This document shows positions 1 through 9,830 of a stretch of DNA of 64,000 nt, in pieces. The notes below the pieces were generated by a model. The model was given only the letters and a program-made list of their open reading frames with translations, was not told the origin of the DNA and made no database searches. The stretch spans positions 87,639 through 151,638 of the forward strand of contig JBAZFU010000002.1 of NCBI GenBank assembly GCA_041653195.1. Reading direction: 5' to 3'. The DNA comes from an archaeon (GTDB taxonomy: Archaea; Iainarchaeota; Iainarchaeia; Iainarchaeales; JAAZKV01). The position numbers and the translations under genes are program-made. Positions within the stretch are counted from its first letter, which is position 1. The number at the start of each line of letters is the position of its first letter.

Positions 1-983
1 ACCCAAAAAAAGCGCTGCTCAAAAAATCATTTGAAATCGGTTACGGAGAAATAAGAGGCCATGATTTCGAAAAACCTTTTGAAGCGGAAAAGTTCTTTGA
101 CTCCTTCAAGGACACGGGTTTTCAGGCAACAAACCTCGGAAAAGCGATTGAACTTGTAAAAAAAATGCGCGAAGAAAAAGCAGAAATTTACTTCGGATTC
201 ACTTCAAACGTAATTACCTCCGGATTAAGAGAAAGCGTTACTTATCTGGCAAAAAACAAGCTTATTGATTTTTTAGTAACAACAACCGGCGGAATCGAAG
301 AAGACATAATAAAAACGCACGCGCCATTTTTGCACGGAAACTTCGAAGCAGATGGAAAATATTTGCGGAGCAAAGGCGTGAATAGAACCGGAAACATATT
401 CATCCCAAACGAAAGATACATTTGGTTCGAAAAATTCATTCAGCCTGTTCTCAAAAGGCTTTACGAAAAACAGAAAAAAAGCGGAAAAATTGTCAACAGC
501 GTAGAATTTGTGCAGGAATTAGGAAAAGAACTTGAAGGCAAAAAAAATTGCGAAAAATCATACGTTTACTGGGCATGGAAAAACAAAATCCCTTTACTCT
601 GTGTTCCGCTGGCAGACGGCGCAATAGGCGATCACATTTATTTTTTTAAAAAAGAACACCCCGATTTCAAAATTGATTTGATAGAAGAAGTTGAAGTTCT
701 TTATGACAAAGTTTTGAACGCAGACAAAGTCGGCGCAATAATAATCGGCGGCTCGGTTCCGAAACACCACATTATGAACGCATGCATGCTCCGCGAAGGC
801 GCAGACTACACTGTTTACATCAACACAGGATATGAGGGCGAAGGAAGCAACGCCGGAGCCAGCCCCGAAGAAGCAAAAAGCTGGGGAAAAGCCGCAGGAA
901 GCGAAAACAGTGTGAAGGTGTGGGGCGAAGCAAGCATAATATTCCCATTGCTTGTCGCAGCTGCTTTCAAAATAAAAAAATAG
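1..983 (+). CDS. dys: Deoxyhypusine synthase, 5' end cut by window edge
   Basis: The frame of the 165..983 ORF stays open back to nt 3 with no stop. The translation contains GFQATNLGKAIELV, VTTTGGIEEDIIK and IIIGGSVPKHHIMNA, which match conserved DHS blocks. Confidence 0.9.
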   Translation, partial: PKKALLKKSFEIGYGEIRGHDFEKPFEAEKFFDSFKDTGFQATNLGKAIELVKKMREEKAEIYFGFTSNVITSGLRESVTYLAKNKLIDFLVTTTGGIEEDIIKTHAPFLHGNFEADGKYLRSKGVNRTGNIFIPNERYIWFEKFIQPVLKRLYEKQKKSGKIVNSVEFVQELGKELEGKKNCEKSYVYWAWKNKIPLLCVPLADGAIGDHIYFFKKEHPDFKIDLIEEVEVLYDKVLNADKVGAIIIGGSVPKHHIMNACMLREGADYTVYINTGYEGEGSNAGASPEEAKSWGKAAGSENSVKVWGEASIIFPLLVAAAFKIKK

Positions 984-1005
984 TTAAACCAAAAAAGTGC
1001 AATTA

Positions 1006-1575
1006 TCAAAAAATAATATAATACTTTTTATAAGCCGCCGGCGGATTTTCTATTTTCACAGTTTCTTCGTGAGAAAGGTTTTCCAAGTACTCTTGAATCA
1101 GGCGCATTGAATTTCCATGCGCGCTTATTGCAACATTGCACTTGTTTTCGTGCATAAATTTAATCAAATCATTCATAAACGGAAAAACTCTTTTGCTCAC
1201 CTGGAAAAAATTCTCTCCCCCTGGAATTTTTGTATGATACCCTCTGTGAACTTCCTCAAAGTACCTTGGAAAAAGCCTTTGAAAAACTATTTTACTTAGC
1301 CCGCTAAAAACCCCGTAATTTCTTTCACGAATTCTATGATCAATTACAACTCTTACTTTCGAATGATATTCGAGAACGGCTGCAAGAGTCTGCATACTTC
1401 TTAATTGGTCCGAACAAAAAGCATAATCTATTTTTTCCCTGCCCAGTTTTTTTGCAAGAACTTTTACCTGTCGCTCCCCATTCTTGTTCAGAGGCGCATT
1501 TATCCAGCCGCAAAAAATCCAATCTTTGTTGAAGGAAGTTTCACCGTGCCTGAAAACAATGAGACTAAGTTTCAT
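1006..1575 (-). CDS. Histidine phosphatase family protein (short dPGM/GpmA-like)
   Basis: N-terminal VFRHGETSFNK...FCGW (RHG catalytic motif) and a downstream SAHGNSMR histidine motif. At 189 aa it is shorter than canonical GpmA. Confidence 0.75.
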   Translation of the reverse strand: MKLSLIVFRHGETSFNKDWIFCGWINAPLNKNGERQVKVLAKKLGREKIDYAFCSDQLRSMQTLAAVLEYHSKVRVVIDHRIRERNYGVFSGLSKIVFQRLFPRYFEEVHRGYHTKIPGGENFFQVSKRVFPFMNDLIKFMHENKCNVAISAHGNSMRLIQEYLENLSHEETVKIENPPAAYKKYYIIF

Positions 1576-1648
1576 AACAAGATAAGGCAGAAACTTTAAT
1601 TAAAATCTTTCCATAAGTGCGAAAAACCAAAACAATTTACAATAAGAC

Positions 1649-2194
1649 TTAACGAACAAGCTCTTCTTCCCAAAGCTCAGTGAAATTATCTACCAATTCA
1701 TCAAGAAAACTTCCTTTGTAAGAAAGCAAAATTTCGAGAACCGCGTCTTTATCCGAAAGAAAAAAATAAGTTTTTTTGCCGTAATTTTTTTGAACTACGA
1801 CCTGCGCCTGCAACAATTTCTGCAAATGAAAACTTGCAGTAGAAACACTTAATCCCACACCGCCCGCTATTTGAGGAAGCGGCGCCCTCCGCCTCTTCAT
1901 CAAAAACAAAATAATTCTTCTCACAGAAGTTTGACGCAAAAGATTCATCAAAACAGAATTAATCTCGCCGCCCCCAAGAGAATAAAACCTTGAAAACTTG
2001 CCTTCCTTTTCTTCCCTTATTAGGCGCTTCTTTTTCAAACAATCTATGTGATACTGAAGAGCACCTGTTGCGATTGAGGTGCGCCTTTGAACCTCTCTAA
2101 AATGAAGCCCTGGATTCTTCGCAATAGTTGAATAAATTCTGTCCCTGGGACTAAGCGCAATTACTTCATCGAGATTGCCAATTCTATCCTGCAT
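1649..2194 (-). CDS. Transcriptional regulator with two winged-helix (ArsR/MarR-like) domains
   Basis: Two wHTH-like segments: FREVQRRTSIATGALQYHIDCLKKKRLIREEKEGKFSRFY and LPQIAGGVGLSVSTASFHLQKLLQAQVVVQKNYGKKTYFFL. Confidence 0.7.
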   Translation of the reverse strand: MQDRIGNLDEVIALSPRDRIYSTIAKNPGLHFREVQRRTSIATGALQYHIDCLKKKRLIREEKEGKFSRFYSLGGGEINSVLMNLLRQTSVRRIILFLMKRRRAPLPQIAGGVGLSVSTASFHLQKLLQAQVVVQKNYGKKTYFFLSDKDAVLEILLSYKGSFLDELVDNFTELWEEELVR

Positions 2195-2240
2195 AAACTT
2201 TCACCATTGCAACGGCTGAGCCGTCAAAAAACAAATAAAC

Positions 2241-2609
2241 TTATTTCCTGAAAAGCGCAATGAAAAAAGCCGCAAGTATCGCCAAATCAAAAACATTCTG
2301 CACCGGCGGACTCATAAAATAGCCGGGCGAAACCACTAAATCGGCCAGTGTGAGCAAAAGTTTCAACGCGAACAACCCAAATGCCGCACAAACGACTCTA
2401 AGTTTAGCGGAACCGCTTTTTTTGTAAGCTTTTACTGCCACTGCAAAAAGCACTAATGAAACTAAAAATACTGCCGCACCAGTAATTATTCCAAGTGCCT
2501 GCACCGCCTGCACGCCCGGCCTGAGAAAATCCCACGGAGCTTCGGCAAAAACAACACTTGCCATCAAAACCAATAAAACCAATACGAAAAATTTCCTCAA
2601 AAAAATCAC
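2241..2609 (-). CDS. Small membrane protein, unknown function
   Basis: 122-aa ORF with a hydrophobic N-terminal signal or anchor and about three further hydrophobic helices. It lies directly downstream of the wHTH gene at 2837..3091 on the same strand. Confidence 0.6.
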   Translation of the reverse strand: MIFLRKFFVLVLLVLMASVVFAEAPWDFLRPGVQAVQALGIITGAAVFLVSLVLFAVAVKAYKKSGSAKLRVVCAAFGLFALKLLLTLADLVVSPGYFMSPPVQNVFDLAILAAFFIALFRK

Positions 2610-2836
2610 TCCTTTTCAAGCACAAACCGAAGCGCCTAACACCAATAATTTAATGTACAAAACGAATAAAAATAAAGGGCATCCGCATTAGAAGAGGTGA
2701 AGCGATGCCCAGAAAAACAATTTCTAAAATAACAGTGCTCGCCCCCTTATAAAGCGCTTATGGTACAAGAAAGAACTAGTACAAAAATCGAACAAAACAA
2801 AAAAAATCGCGTTAAAAAAAATATGAAAAATAAAAC

Positions 2837-3091
2837 TTATATTAGAGCAGTTTCATAATCCGCCAGCCGCACGAGCCAACCTTCAACCGAAATAATTCCT
2901 AACTTCTCCAAATCCTTTATTGCCCTGTTGAGAGAACTTTCATTATATGCCGCACAGGGAAGCAATTCCTCCATAGTACAATACTTTTTTTCATGCGCGA
3001 GAACGAAAAAAATTCTCTTGTGGGATTCCGAAAAACGCGGAAGATTTTCTATTTTCTTCAAATAAGCGTTTTCCAAAACAGTCAGCGCCAT
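2837..3091 (-). CDS. Small winged-helix DNA-binding protein
   Basis: The internal ATG at 3091 is preceded by GGAGGA on the minus strand. The product MALTVLEN...CTMEELLPCAAYNESSLNRAIKDLEKLGIISVEG looks MarR/wHTH-like. The longer 122-aa form adds an implausible leader. Confidence 0.5.
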   Translation of the reverse strand: MALTVLENAYLKKIENLPRFSESHKRIFFVLAHEKKYCTMEELLPCAAYNESSLNRAIKDLEKLGIISVEGWLVRLADYETALI

Positions 3092-3347
3092 AAAAATCCT
3101 CCGAAGGCCTCTTAACTGAAAAACACTAATTTTCCAGCTTAATATCCTCATTGTTGAAAAAAAATAAACCAAAAAGTTAATTTTCAAAATTCTTTTTCTA
3201 ACCATTGAAATCGGCCAATTCCACCCAACAAATTCGCTTTCCTTTTAAACATTTCCAAACCGCAATAATTAGAAAAACAACCTGTCATGCGAAATGTGCC
3301 AATTTATAAATGTTTATTAACAATTGTTAAGTATTTGTTGTGGTAAA

Positions 3348-3824
3348 ATGATTTGCCTAATAGCCCTGCCTATTTTCGGAATACTCGCCATATTCTCCGC
3401 AAAATACCGCGCCTTCTTCAAAGAGGCAGCGGACTGCGTATTTAGAAAAGCCACTCTTAGAAAATGCAACACTTCATTTGACAAAAAAATGCGAGTAAAA
3501 ATTTCCGCAAAAGTTTCAAAGGCAAACAAGCCTCTTGGCTCGTTCACCTTCAAACATTTCGAAGCGCTCTCATGGTTACTCACCGCCTTAATGATAATTT
3601 CAATAATTTACTCGGGCTATGTTGCTTATACAGGAATCTATAACTGGACAACCTATGGAAACTGCAACGGACCAAACAGCAACGAGGTCTGCGCATACAA
3701 TTCAATAATCGGACAACAAGGAAGCTGCGGAAGCCCAACATGCACCGGTGGAGCAAATTGCACAAATACCTCCCCAACATTATGCGACCAAAATTGTTGT
3801 AACGACCAAAACTGCACAAGCTAA
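3348..3824 (+). CDS. Two-TM membrane protein with Cys-rich C-terminal tail
   Basis: ORF with two hydrophobic helices (ICLIALPIFGILAIF and LSWLLTALMIISIIY). It carries a CVFRKATLRKC pair after TM1 and a C-terminal NCNGP...CAY...CGSPTCTGGANCTN...CDQNCCNDQNC tail. ATG at 3348 is preferred over the TTG at 3324. Confidence 0.6.
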   Translation: MICLIALPIFGILAIFSAKYRAFFKEAADCVFRKATLRKCNTSFDKKMRVKISAKVSKANKPLGSFTFKHFEALSWLLTALMIISIIYSGYVAYTGIYNWTTYGNCNGPNSNEVCAYNSIIGQQGSCGSPTCTGGANCTNTSPTLCDQNCCNDQNCTS

Positions 3825-3910
3825 ACAAAAAGCATGAAATAAAAAGGTATCATAATTAAGAGTATAATATAATTTATTGCTTTAAATTTGCAAAAATCGG
3901 GGGTTGATTT

Positions 3911-5089
3911 ATGAGCAAAAAACACAGAACACATCCGACTTCCATGAAAGAAGTTGAAAAAAAAATTGACAAGGTTGACAGCGATGTCAAAAAAGTCGAA
4001 AAAGACGTCAAGCTTTTCGCAAAATTCGAAGGGCTCATGGCGGAAATAATAATCATACTTCTTGTAGGAATATGCGTCGGAACAATTGCAGGATTCTGGT
4101 TAGGAAGCCTAAGCGGCCAATCAACCACTCAAACAGGAACAGACAACAGCATCACTGCAAGCCAGCTTGAATCAAAAGTTCAGGATTACCTGAACACAAA
4201 CCTTTTGACTGCCGAAGCAAAAGCCAGCGGAATAAACGGCTTTATCGTTGGAGATGCATCTCAAATAGACACTGATGTTTATGAACTATCAGTTTACGTA
4301 GCTGACGAAAATAATGTTCAACAACAAATCGCAATAATATATTCTACGCCAAATAAACTAATTTTAGGCGGAGGACAAGTATACGATTTGAATACGCCAA
4401 TACCTTCTACGGGCAGTACCGATACTGACAGCGGCTCAATCGACACCGGAGCGGCATACACTCAGAGTGACAAACCAGAAGTAAAATTATTCATAATGTC
4501 ATTCTGCCCATACGGAATTCAGGCGGCAACAGCATTCCAAAGCGCAATAGAATTGCTGAACGACAAAATGAATTTCCAAATGGGATACGTAATATATTCT
4601 GATTACGCAAAAGGCTATGGCGCAGATTGGCAAGACTATTGCACCGATTCGAGCGAAAAATATTGTTCAATGCACGGAATAAATGAAGTTAAAGAAGACG
4701 TAAGGCAAATGTGCATACAAAAATATGCGCCGGATAAATTCTGGACATACCTCGATGCATTGATGACAGACTACTCAAACAGCCAAGTTTCAGCCTCAAA
4801 CATTAACGACAAATGGGAAGGCTATGCAACAGCTGCTGGAATAGACACTGCTCAAATAAAAGCCTGCGCAGACAGCGAACAAGACACTTTGCTCGCAGAA
4901 CAGGTTGCCTTAAATTCACAATACGGAATACAGGGAAGCCCTACCGCAGTAATAAACGGAACGCAATACAGCGGAGCAAGAACAGCCGACGCTTTCAAAA
5001 CCGCAATATGTTCGGCATTCACAAGCGCGCCGACAGATTGTGACACAAGTTTAAGTACAACCGGCGGAACATCATCGGGAAGCTGCTAA
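3911..5089 (+). CDS. Membrane-anchored thioredoxin-fold (DsbA-like) protein with CPYG motif
   Basis: Charged N-terminus, then one TM (IIIILLVGICVGTIAGFWLG). The distal domain has VKLFIMSFCPYGIQA in the position of a CxxC active site and a C-terminal GIQGSPTAVINGTQYSG block typical of DsbA-family proteins. Confidence 0.7.
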   Translation: MSKKHRTHPTSMKEVEKKIDKVDSDVKKVEKDVKLFAKFEGLMAEIIIILLVGICVGTIAGFWLGSLSGQSTTQTGTDNSITASQLESKVQDYLNTNLLTAEAKASGINGFIVGDASQIDTDVYELSVYVADENNVQQQIAIIYSTPNKLILGGGQVYDLNTPIPSTGSTDTDSGSIDTGAAYTQSDKPEVKLFIMSFCPYGIQAATAFQSAIELLNDKMNFQMGYVIYSDYAKGYGADWQDYCTDSSEKYCSMHGINEVKEDVRQMCIQKYAPDKFWTYLDALMTDYSNSQVSASNINDKWEGYATAAGIDTAQIKACADSEQDTLLAEQVALNSQYGIQGSPTAVINGTQYSGARTADAFKTAICSAFTSAPTDCDTSLSTTGGTSSGSC

Positions 5090-5140
5090 ATGCAGCTTCT
5101 TTTTCTTTTTTTCTTTCTTTTATTTTTATTATTTTTTTAA
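5079..5140 (+). terminator. Hairpin plus T-rich tract after the DsbA-like gene
   Basis: GAAGCTGC (5079-5086) and GCAGCTTC (5092-5099) form an 8-bp stem around the stop codon. About 40 nt of T-rich sequence follows. Confidence 0.5.
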
Positions 5141-5150
5141 GTGAAAGGAC

Positions 5151-5756
5151 ATGGCACTAACGGCAAAAAAAATATTTGAAAACAAAAAATTTCTAATACT
5201 GTTAGCGCTGATAAACTTTGCCGCAGGAATTTACTCATTCAGCTATTACGCGCCGCAACTTTCAGAAATAAATCCGTTGCTTTGGTTCTTTACGGCGGAC
5301 TGCCCGATTTACTCAATAATATTCGGAATTGTTCTGCTGATTTGGGCTTTTGGCGCGCAAAACAAAAATCGGTTGTTCAAAAAAATATTTCCCTTCATCC
5401 TGATAATTTCACTCGTTGCAAATCTAAAATACGGTTTCTGGACAATAGCTGTTTTTTTAATAAGCGGAATGACATTCGGTTATGAAATTTTTTTTGCAAG
5501 CCATTTTCTCCTGATGGCCGAAACAATCGTTTTTTTCAAAAAAATAAGATTTGAAAAAAAACACCTGTTACTCTGCCTCGCATGGTTTTTATTTAACGAC
5601 TTCCTTGATTATGGCATTGGAATTCACCCTGTTTTTGACACTGCTTACTTTCAACAAATTGCAACAGTTTCAATCGCCTCAACAATCGTTTTCTCCGCAA
5701 TTGTTTTCATTTTTTTCTCAAAAAAGGAAAAAGCAAGTAATAAAAACAAATCATAA
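5151..5756 (+). CDS. Polytopic membrane protein (possibly DUF1405-like)
   Basis: 201-aa ORF with 5-6 hydrophobic helices. The family assignment is from memory of the overall pattern only. Confidence 0.6.
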   Translation: MALTAKKIFENKKFLILLALINFAAGIYSFSYYAPQLSEINPLLWFFTADCPIYSIIFGIVLLIWAFGAQNKNRLFKKIFPFILIISLVANLKYGFWTIAVFLISGMTFGYEIFFASHFLLMAETIVFFKKIRFEKKHLLLCLAWFLFNDFLDYGIGIHPVFDTAYFQQIATVSIASTIVFSAIVFIFFSKKEKASNKNKS

Positions 5757-5838
5757 TCCCCTTACTATTGAAACACGTTAATTCGCCAGAGCTCATTTAT
5801 CCGACGCCTAGTTTGAAAAACGTGAAAAAAATTACAAA

Positions 5839-7122
5839 GTGAAAAAAATGTATCAACTAACTGGAATCGGAGGCTGCCAGGAAGTGGGCAGAAGCGCATT
5901 CGTACTTGCATTCGGAGAAAGATTTCTTCTGGATTACGGAGTAAAACTCGATCCGAAAGAAATCCAATACCCTTTGGAAATAAAAAGAAACATAAAAGCA
6001 ATAATTTTGTCTCACGCGCACCTCGACCATTCCGGCCTCATCCCATATTATTACGGAAAAAGCGAATGCTTAAGCTTCATGACACAGCCGACCGTCGAAC
6101 TCTCAGACTTGCTATGGCGCGACTCGGTAAAAATTGCGGAATACGAAAACCTGGTGCCGAAATATTCTCCGAAAGAAATCGAAAAAGCGCACAAATACAA
6201 TTTTGTGCTTCCCTACAAGAAAAAAACACAAATCGCGCCAAATGTCACACTTGAATTTTTCGATGCGGGTCACATACTCGGCTCCGCACTCACAAGACTC
6301 AGCCGCAATGACGACCACTTCCTCTACACTGGAGACTTCAAAGTCGATGTTACACGCCTTCACACCGGCGCGGACTTGAAAGTCGGAAAAGTAGATTACC
6401 TAATGATAGAATCAACATACGGAGACAGAGAACACCCTGACAGAAAAGAAGAGGAACGAAAATTTTGTGAATCAGTACAGGAAACGATTGATAACGGTGG
6501 ATGGGCAATAGTTCCCGCATTCGCGGTAGGAAGAAGCCAGGAAGTCCTCGACATACTAAACAAATACAACATTAATGTCAATGTCTATCTCGACGGAATG
6601 AGCAAAAAAGCCGCACAAATATACAACAAACACGCGGACCTAATAAAAGACTCAAAGGGACTGAGAAGGGCACTAAGCGAAGCGGTATGGATAACCGGAA
6701 AAGGCGCAAGAGAGAAAGCAATGAAAGAGCCAAGCGTAATAGTAACCACATCAGGAATGATGCAAGGCGGCCCAGTAATGCTTTACGTTAAGAAAATTTT
6801 CAACGACCCGAACAGCAAGATTCATTTAACAGGATACCAGGTAGAAGGAACTCCCGGAAGAGTACTTTTAGAAACAGGCAAACTTCCCGTAGGAAAAGAC
6901 GGAACGCTTGTAAAAGTAGGGTGCAAATACCAAAAATACGATTTTTCCGCACACCCCGGACAAAGCGAAATGATAAGCGCCATAAAAAAATGGTCACCGA
7001 AAGAAATATTTTTAGTACACGGCGACAAAAAAGTAATGCCTGTGTTCGCAAAAAAAATAAAAGAAGAAACCGGAATAGACGCAAAAATACCAGAACTCGG
7101 AAAAGAAATTAGCTTTGAATAA
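5839..7122 (+). CDS. beta-CASP metallo-beta-lactamase ribonuclease (aCPSF2-like, no KH domains)
   Basis: LSHAHLDHSG (HxHxDH motif), DAGHILGS, and C-terminal FSAHPGQSE and LVHGD motifs. The 427-aa length fits the short archaeal CPSF-like group. Confidence 0.85.
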   Translation: MKKMYQLTGIGGCQEVGRSAFVLAFGERFLLDYGVKLDPKEIQYPLEIKRNIKAIILSHAHLDHSGLIPYYYGKSECLSFMTQPTVELSDLLWRDSVKIAEYENLVPKYSPKEIEKAHKYNFVLPYKKKTQIAPNVTLEFFDAGHILGSALTRLSRNDDHFLYTGDFKVDVTRLHTGADLKVGKVDYLMIESTYGDREHPDRKEEERKFCESVQETIDNGGWAIVPAFAVGRSQEVLDILNKYNINVNVYLDGMSKKAAQIYNKHADLIKDSKGLRRALSEAVWITGKGAREKAMKEPSVIVTTSGMMQGGPVMLYVKKIFNDPNSKIHLTGYQVEGTPGRVLLETGKLPVGKDGTLVKVGCKYQKYDFSAHPGQSEMISAIKKWSPKEIFLVHGDKKVMPVFAKKIKEETGIDAKIPELGKEISFE

Positions 7123-7185
7123 ACTGGACTCGCCTTCTTCTGCAAAATAACTATTTTTTATTACCTTTCATAAACAAATTTCATC

Positions 7186-7917
7186 ATGAGCTTCAAAAAA
7201 TTCTGCCCCAAATGCGGCAAAGAAACCGATTGGCTGATAAAAGGAAAATGCAGAGACTGCTTTCTCGCAACAGAAAATATTTTCAGCATCAAAAACGTTT
7301 CTGATAAGGTTCAGCTCTGCGGCAGATGCGCAAAAATCCTCATCCAGGGGAAATGGATAGAATCATCCGAAAAAGCAATCGAAAAAGAAATCGAATCAAA
7401 AATAAAAACGATTAATGATTTGCAAGAACCGAAAATATTCATCCAAGTAAAAAAAACAGAGAATCGAAACAAAAAAGAAGAATTTTATGCAAATGTAAGA
7501 GTAATGGGAATAATCGATTCCCAAATAGTGGAACAGGAAAAAGGATTTGTGGTCGAAATACAGGGAAACATCTGCGACCCGTGCATGCGCCTGGCCTCAG
7601 ATTACAGAGAAGCGATAATACAGCTAAGAACGGGCTCGAAAAAAGAATCTGAAGAAATGCTGCACCAGGCCGAGAAACTAATAAAAGAAGAAAAACAAAA
7701 CGACCCGCTCAGCGCAATAGTAAAAACAGTAAAAGTAAGGAACGGTTTTGACCTCTGGGTCGGCTCGAAAAAAGCCTCGGTAAAAGTTTCAAACAAACTC
7801 GCAAAATTTTACGAAACAAAATCAATAGTTTCAAGCAAACTAATAGGAAGAACCAAAGACGGCGGAGAAAAATACAGATTCACTTTCTGCGTAAAAAATA
7901 ACACTGCTGATAAATAA
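7186..7917 (+). CDS. NMD3 family protein
   Basis: N-terminal Cys clusters FCPKCGK...KCRDC...CGRC...CDPC, followed by an NMD3-like body. Confidence 0.8.
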   Translation: MSFKKFCPKCGKETDWLIKGKCRDCFLATENIFSIKNVSDKVQLCGRCAKILIQGKWIESSEKAIEKEIESKIKTINDLQEPKIFIQVKKTENRNKKEEFYANVRVMGIIDSQIVEQEKGFVVEIQGNICDPCMRLASDYREAIIQLRTGSKKESEEMLHQAEKLIKEEKQNDPLSAIVKTVKVRNGFDLWVGSKKASVKVSNKLAKFYETKSIVSSKLIGRTKDGGEKYRFTFCVKNNTADK

Positions 7918-7928
7918 TGCAAAACAAA

Positions 7929-8513
7929 TCAAAATGACACTATGTGCCCTATGTCGACTATTACCGCCTCAACTTTTTTGGCGCCTTTTCTCAAAACTGG
8001 CACAAAAGCACTGTTGTGAATAAGATAACCATTCATTTGCGCGACACTCTGCTGCCTTTCCATGTCCACAGTAAATTCCTTCATTTTTTTTAAAACTGTG
8101 GGAGCCAATTCGGACCTGGAAAAAATTTTTGACCTCAAAATTGCATTTTGGACACTTTCTTCAATCGGAAGAATCGTTGTTATAATCCTCCAATCATTTT
8201 TCTCCACAAATCTGAGCCTGATTGTGGGCACAATCTTGAGCCCGAGCTTCTTTTCCCGATTCAGCTTAGCAAGGGCCTTGATAACCCTAAACTTTTCAAC
8301 AGGTTTTCCGAGGTGCGACAACTGCCTGTCAAAAAAAGTTTTTTCTGCAAACCTTCTCTTCTTGGCACGACCATTTTTCGCAATAGAAATTTCTATTTCA
8401 TTTACAAAGCCTTCTCTTCCAGCCCTTCCAATACTCCTAATTTCCCTAATTCCGCTCGCAACCCTTGTTTTAATGCCGCCAAATAAATGAAGACAAACAC
8501 TACGCAACCCCAT
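7929..8513 (-). CDS. Basic hypothetical protein
   Basis: 194-aa ORF with clean intergenic flanks. I recognise no motif. Confidence 0.55.
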   Translation of the reverse strand: MGLRSVCLHLFGGIKTRVASGIREIRSIGRAGREGFVNEIEISIAKNGRAKKRRFAEKTFFDRQLSHLGKPVEKFRVIKALAKLNREKKLGLKIVPTIRLRFVEKNDWRIITTILPIEESVQNAILRSKIFSRSELAPTVLKKMKEFTVDMERQQSVAQMNGYLIHNSAFVPVLRKGAKKVEAVIVDIGHIVSF

Positions 8514-8634
8514 AACACTACTTACATTCCAGACTATTTATTTTTTTCGATTGAAATCGCTGCCCAAAAAAATAATCACAAAAAGGAAACGCTGACCAGC
8601 ACACATAAAATAGACAAAACCAAGAATTAAACTT

Positions 8635-9339
8635 TTAGGATTCTTGCAGAGCCTTGTTTATTTCCTCAACAGTTGCGCTTGTTATTGCAAGAGGAATTTT
8701 TTCTCCTTCAGCTATTTTTATCGCAAGAGGATCAACTTCCCGTTTAGAAAAATCGCCCTGCAAAACAATAATGCTCGGCTTCATGTCCGTAGAAAAACGA
8801 CCTATTTTAACCGCAATCAGTGGGCTTCTCCCATTCTCAACATGCCTAAAAATAAGCGCGCGATTCGGAGTCTTCCCGTAAATCTGCATATACTCGTGCA
8901 CAGGAACTTCAAGAATCACTTTCAAAGAATCTATTATGGTGTAACCGAATAAACGCTCGTCTTTCAGATCAAAAGGAAGACAAAGAACTTTTGCATTAAT
9001 TTTTTTTATAAAATCATTTGCACGCATACCCGCCGCAAACTCGTGCGACTCAAAAGCCTTATTATCCTCTTTGAAATCCTTCTCAAGCTGCTTAACAACA
9101 CGACCGCCCTTCGCCTTGTCAATATCAATCAGCGCCTTCACCAACCTTGCAATAACACCTATTCCCGGATTCTTTCTCCGCCCGCCCTCATAATCCGAAA
9201 TTGTTGAAGAAGAAATTTTCAAATATTCCGCGAGCTCCGTCTGGTGGACGGCGAAAATTTCCCTCCATTTTTTCATTGAACCGCCAGGATCTTCCGAAAG
9301 CGAAATCTCCCCCGCAATAGTAATCGCAAGCTTATCCAT
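8635..9339 (-). CDS. XRE-type HTH regulator (archaeal COG1395-like)
   Basis: The HTH segment HQTELAEYLKISSSTISDYEGGRRKNPGIGVIARLVKAL sits near the N-terminus of a 234-aa protein. Confidence 0.75.
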   Translation of the reverse strand: MDKLAITIAGEISLSEDPGGSMKKWREIFAVHQTELAEYLKISSSTISDYEGGRRKNPGIGVIARLVKALIDIDKAKGGRVVKQLEKDFKEDNKAFESHEFAAGMRANDFIKKINAKVLCLPFDLKDERLFGYTIIDSLKVILEVPVHEYMQIYGKTPNRALIFRHVENGRSPLIAVKIGRFSTDMKPSIIVLQGDFSKREVDPLAIKIAEGEKIPLAITSATVEEINKALQES

Positions 9340-9519
9340 CTATTAATATTTGAGTTTAAGTAAATAAAAGGGTTTCGTTAATTGTCCCCAACGCACATAA
9401 TTATTTTCGACACCTGTTTTTTTGGTTTTTCTTACTGAATAAACAAAATCTGAAAAAAATAGTTAATTCAAAATAAAAATTTAAAAAAAGCTTATTAACC
9501 TGTTGAACACAAAACAATA

Positions 9520-9810
9520 ATGACGATTATGAAGCCTGCAGGTCACGGAAAACCGCTAAAAACAAAACAATGGCGCGATCCCCTACTTGATGTAAGCCGA
9601 AGACAGTTTGTCCAATACAAACGTGCACTCGATAAGGCTTTTGAAAAAGAACTTATTGCAGGAAAAAAAGTTGCTAAACTCGCACAAAAATGCAAAAAAA
9701 ACGATAACTCTCCGGAAAATATTGCGGCGCAAAAAGCCGCAAAACAAGCATATGCTGCCCATCTAAAAACAATAGTTGAAAGAAAAGAATTAATGCGCAA
9801 ATGGCTCTAA
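9520..9810 (+). CDS. Small Lys/Ala-rich hypothetical protein
   Basis: 96-aa ORF in an otherwise empty interval. No motif recognised. Confidence 0.4.
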   Translation: MTIMKPAGHGKPLKTKQWRDPLLDVSRRQFVQYKRALDKAFEKELIAGKKVAKLAQKCKKNDNSPENIAAQKAAKQAYAAHLKTIVERKELMRKWL

Positions 9811-9830
9811 AAAAAATTTTTATAAAAAAA

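Noticed and set aside
7929-8513. The basic 194-aa protein as the Brix/Imp4-domain protein missing from the exosome superoperon.
   Set aside because: I could not align it to the Brix pattern I recall (ITTSR.PS...RGK...). It is left as hypothetical.
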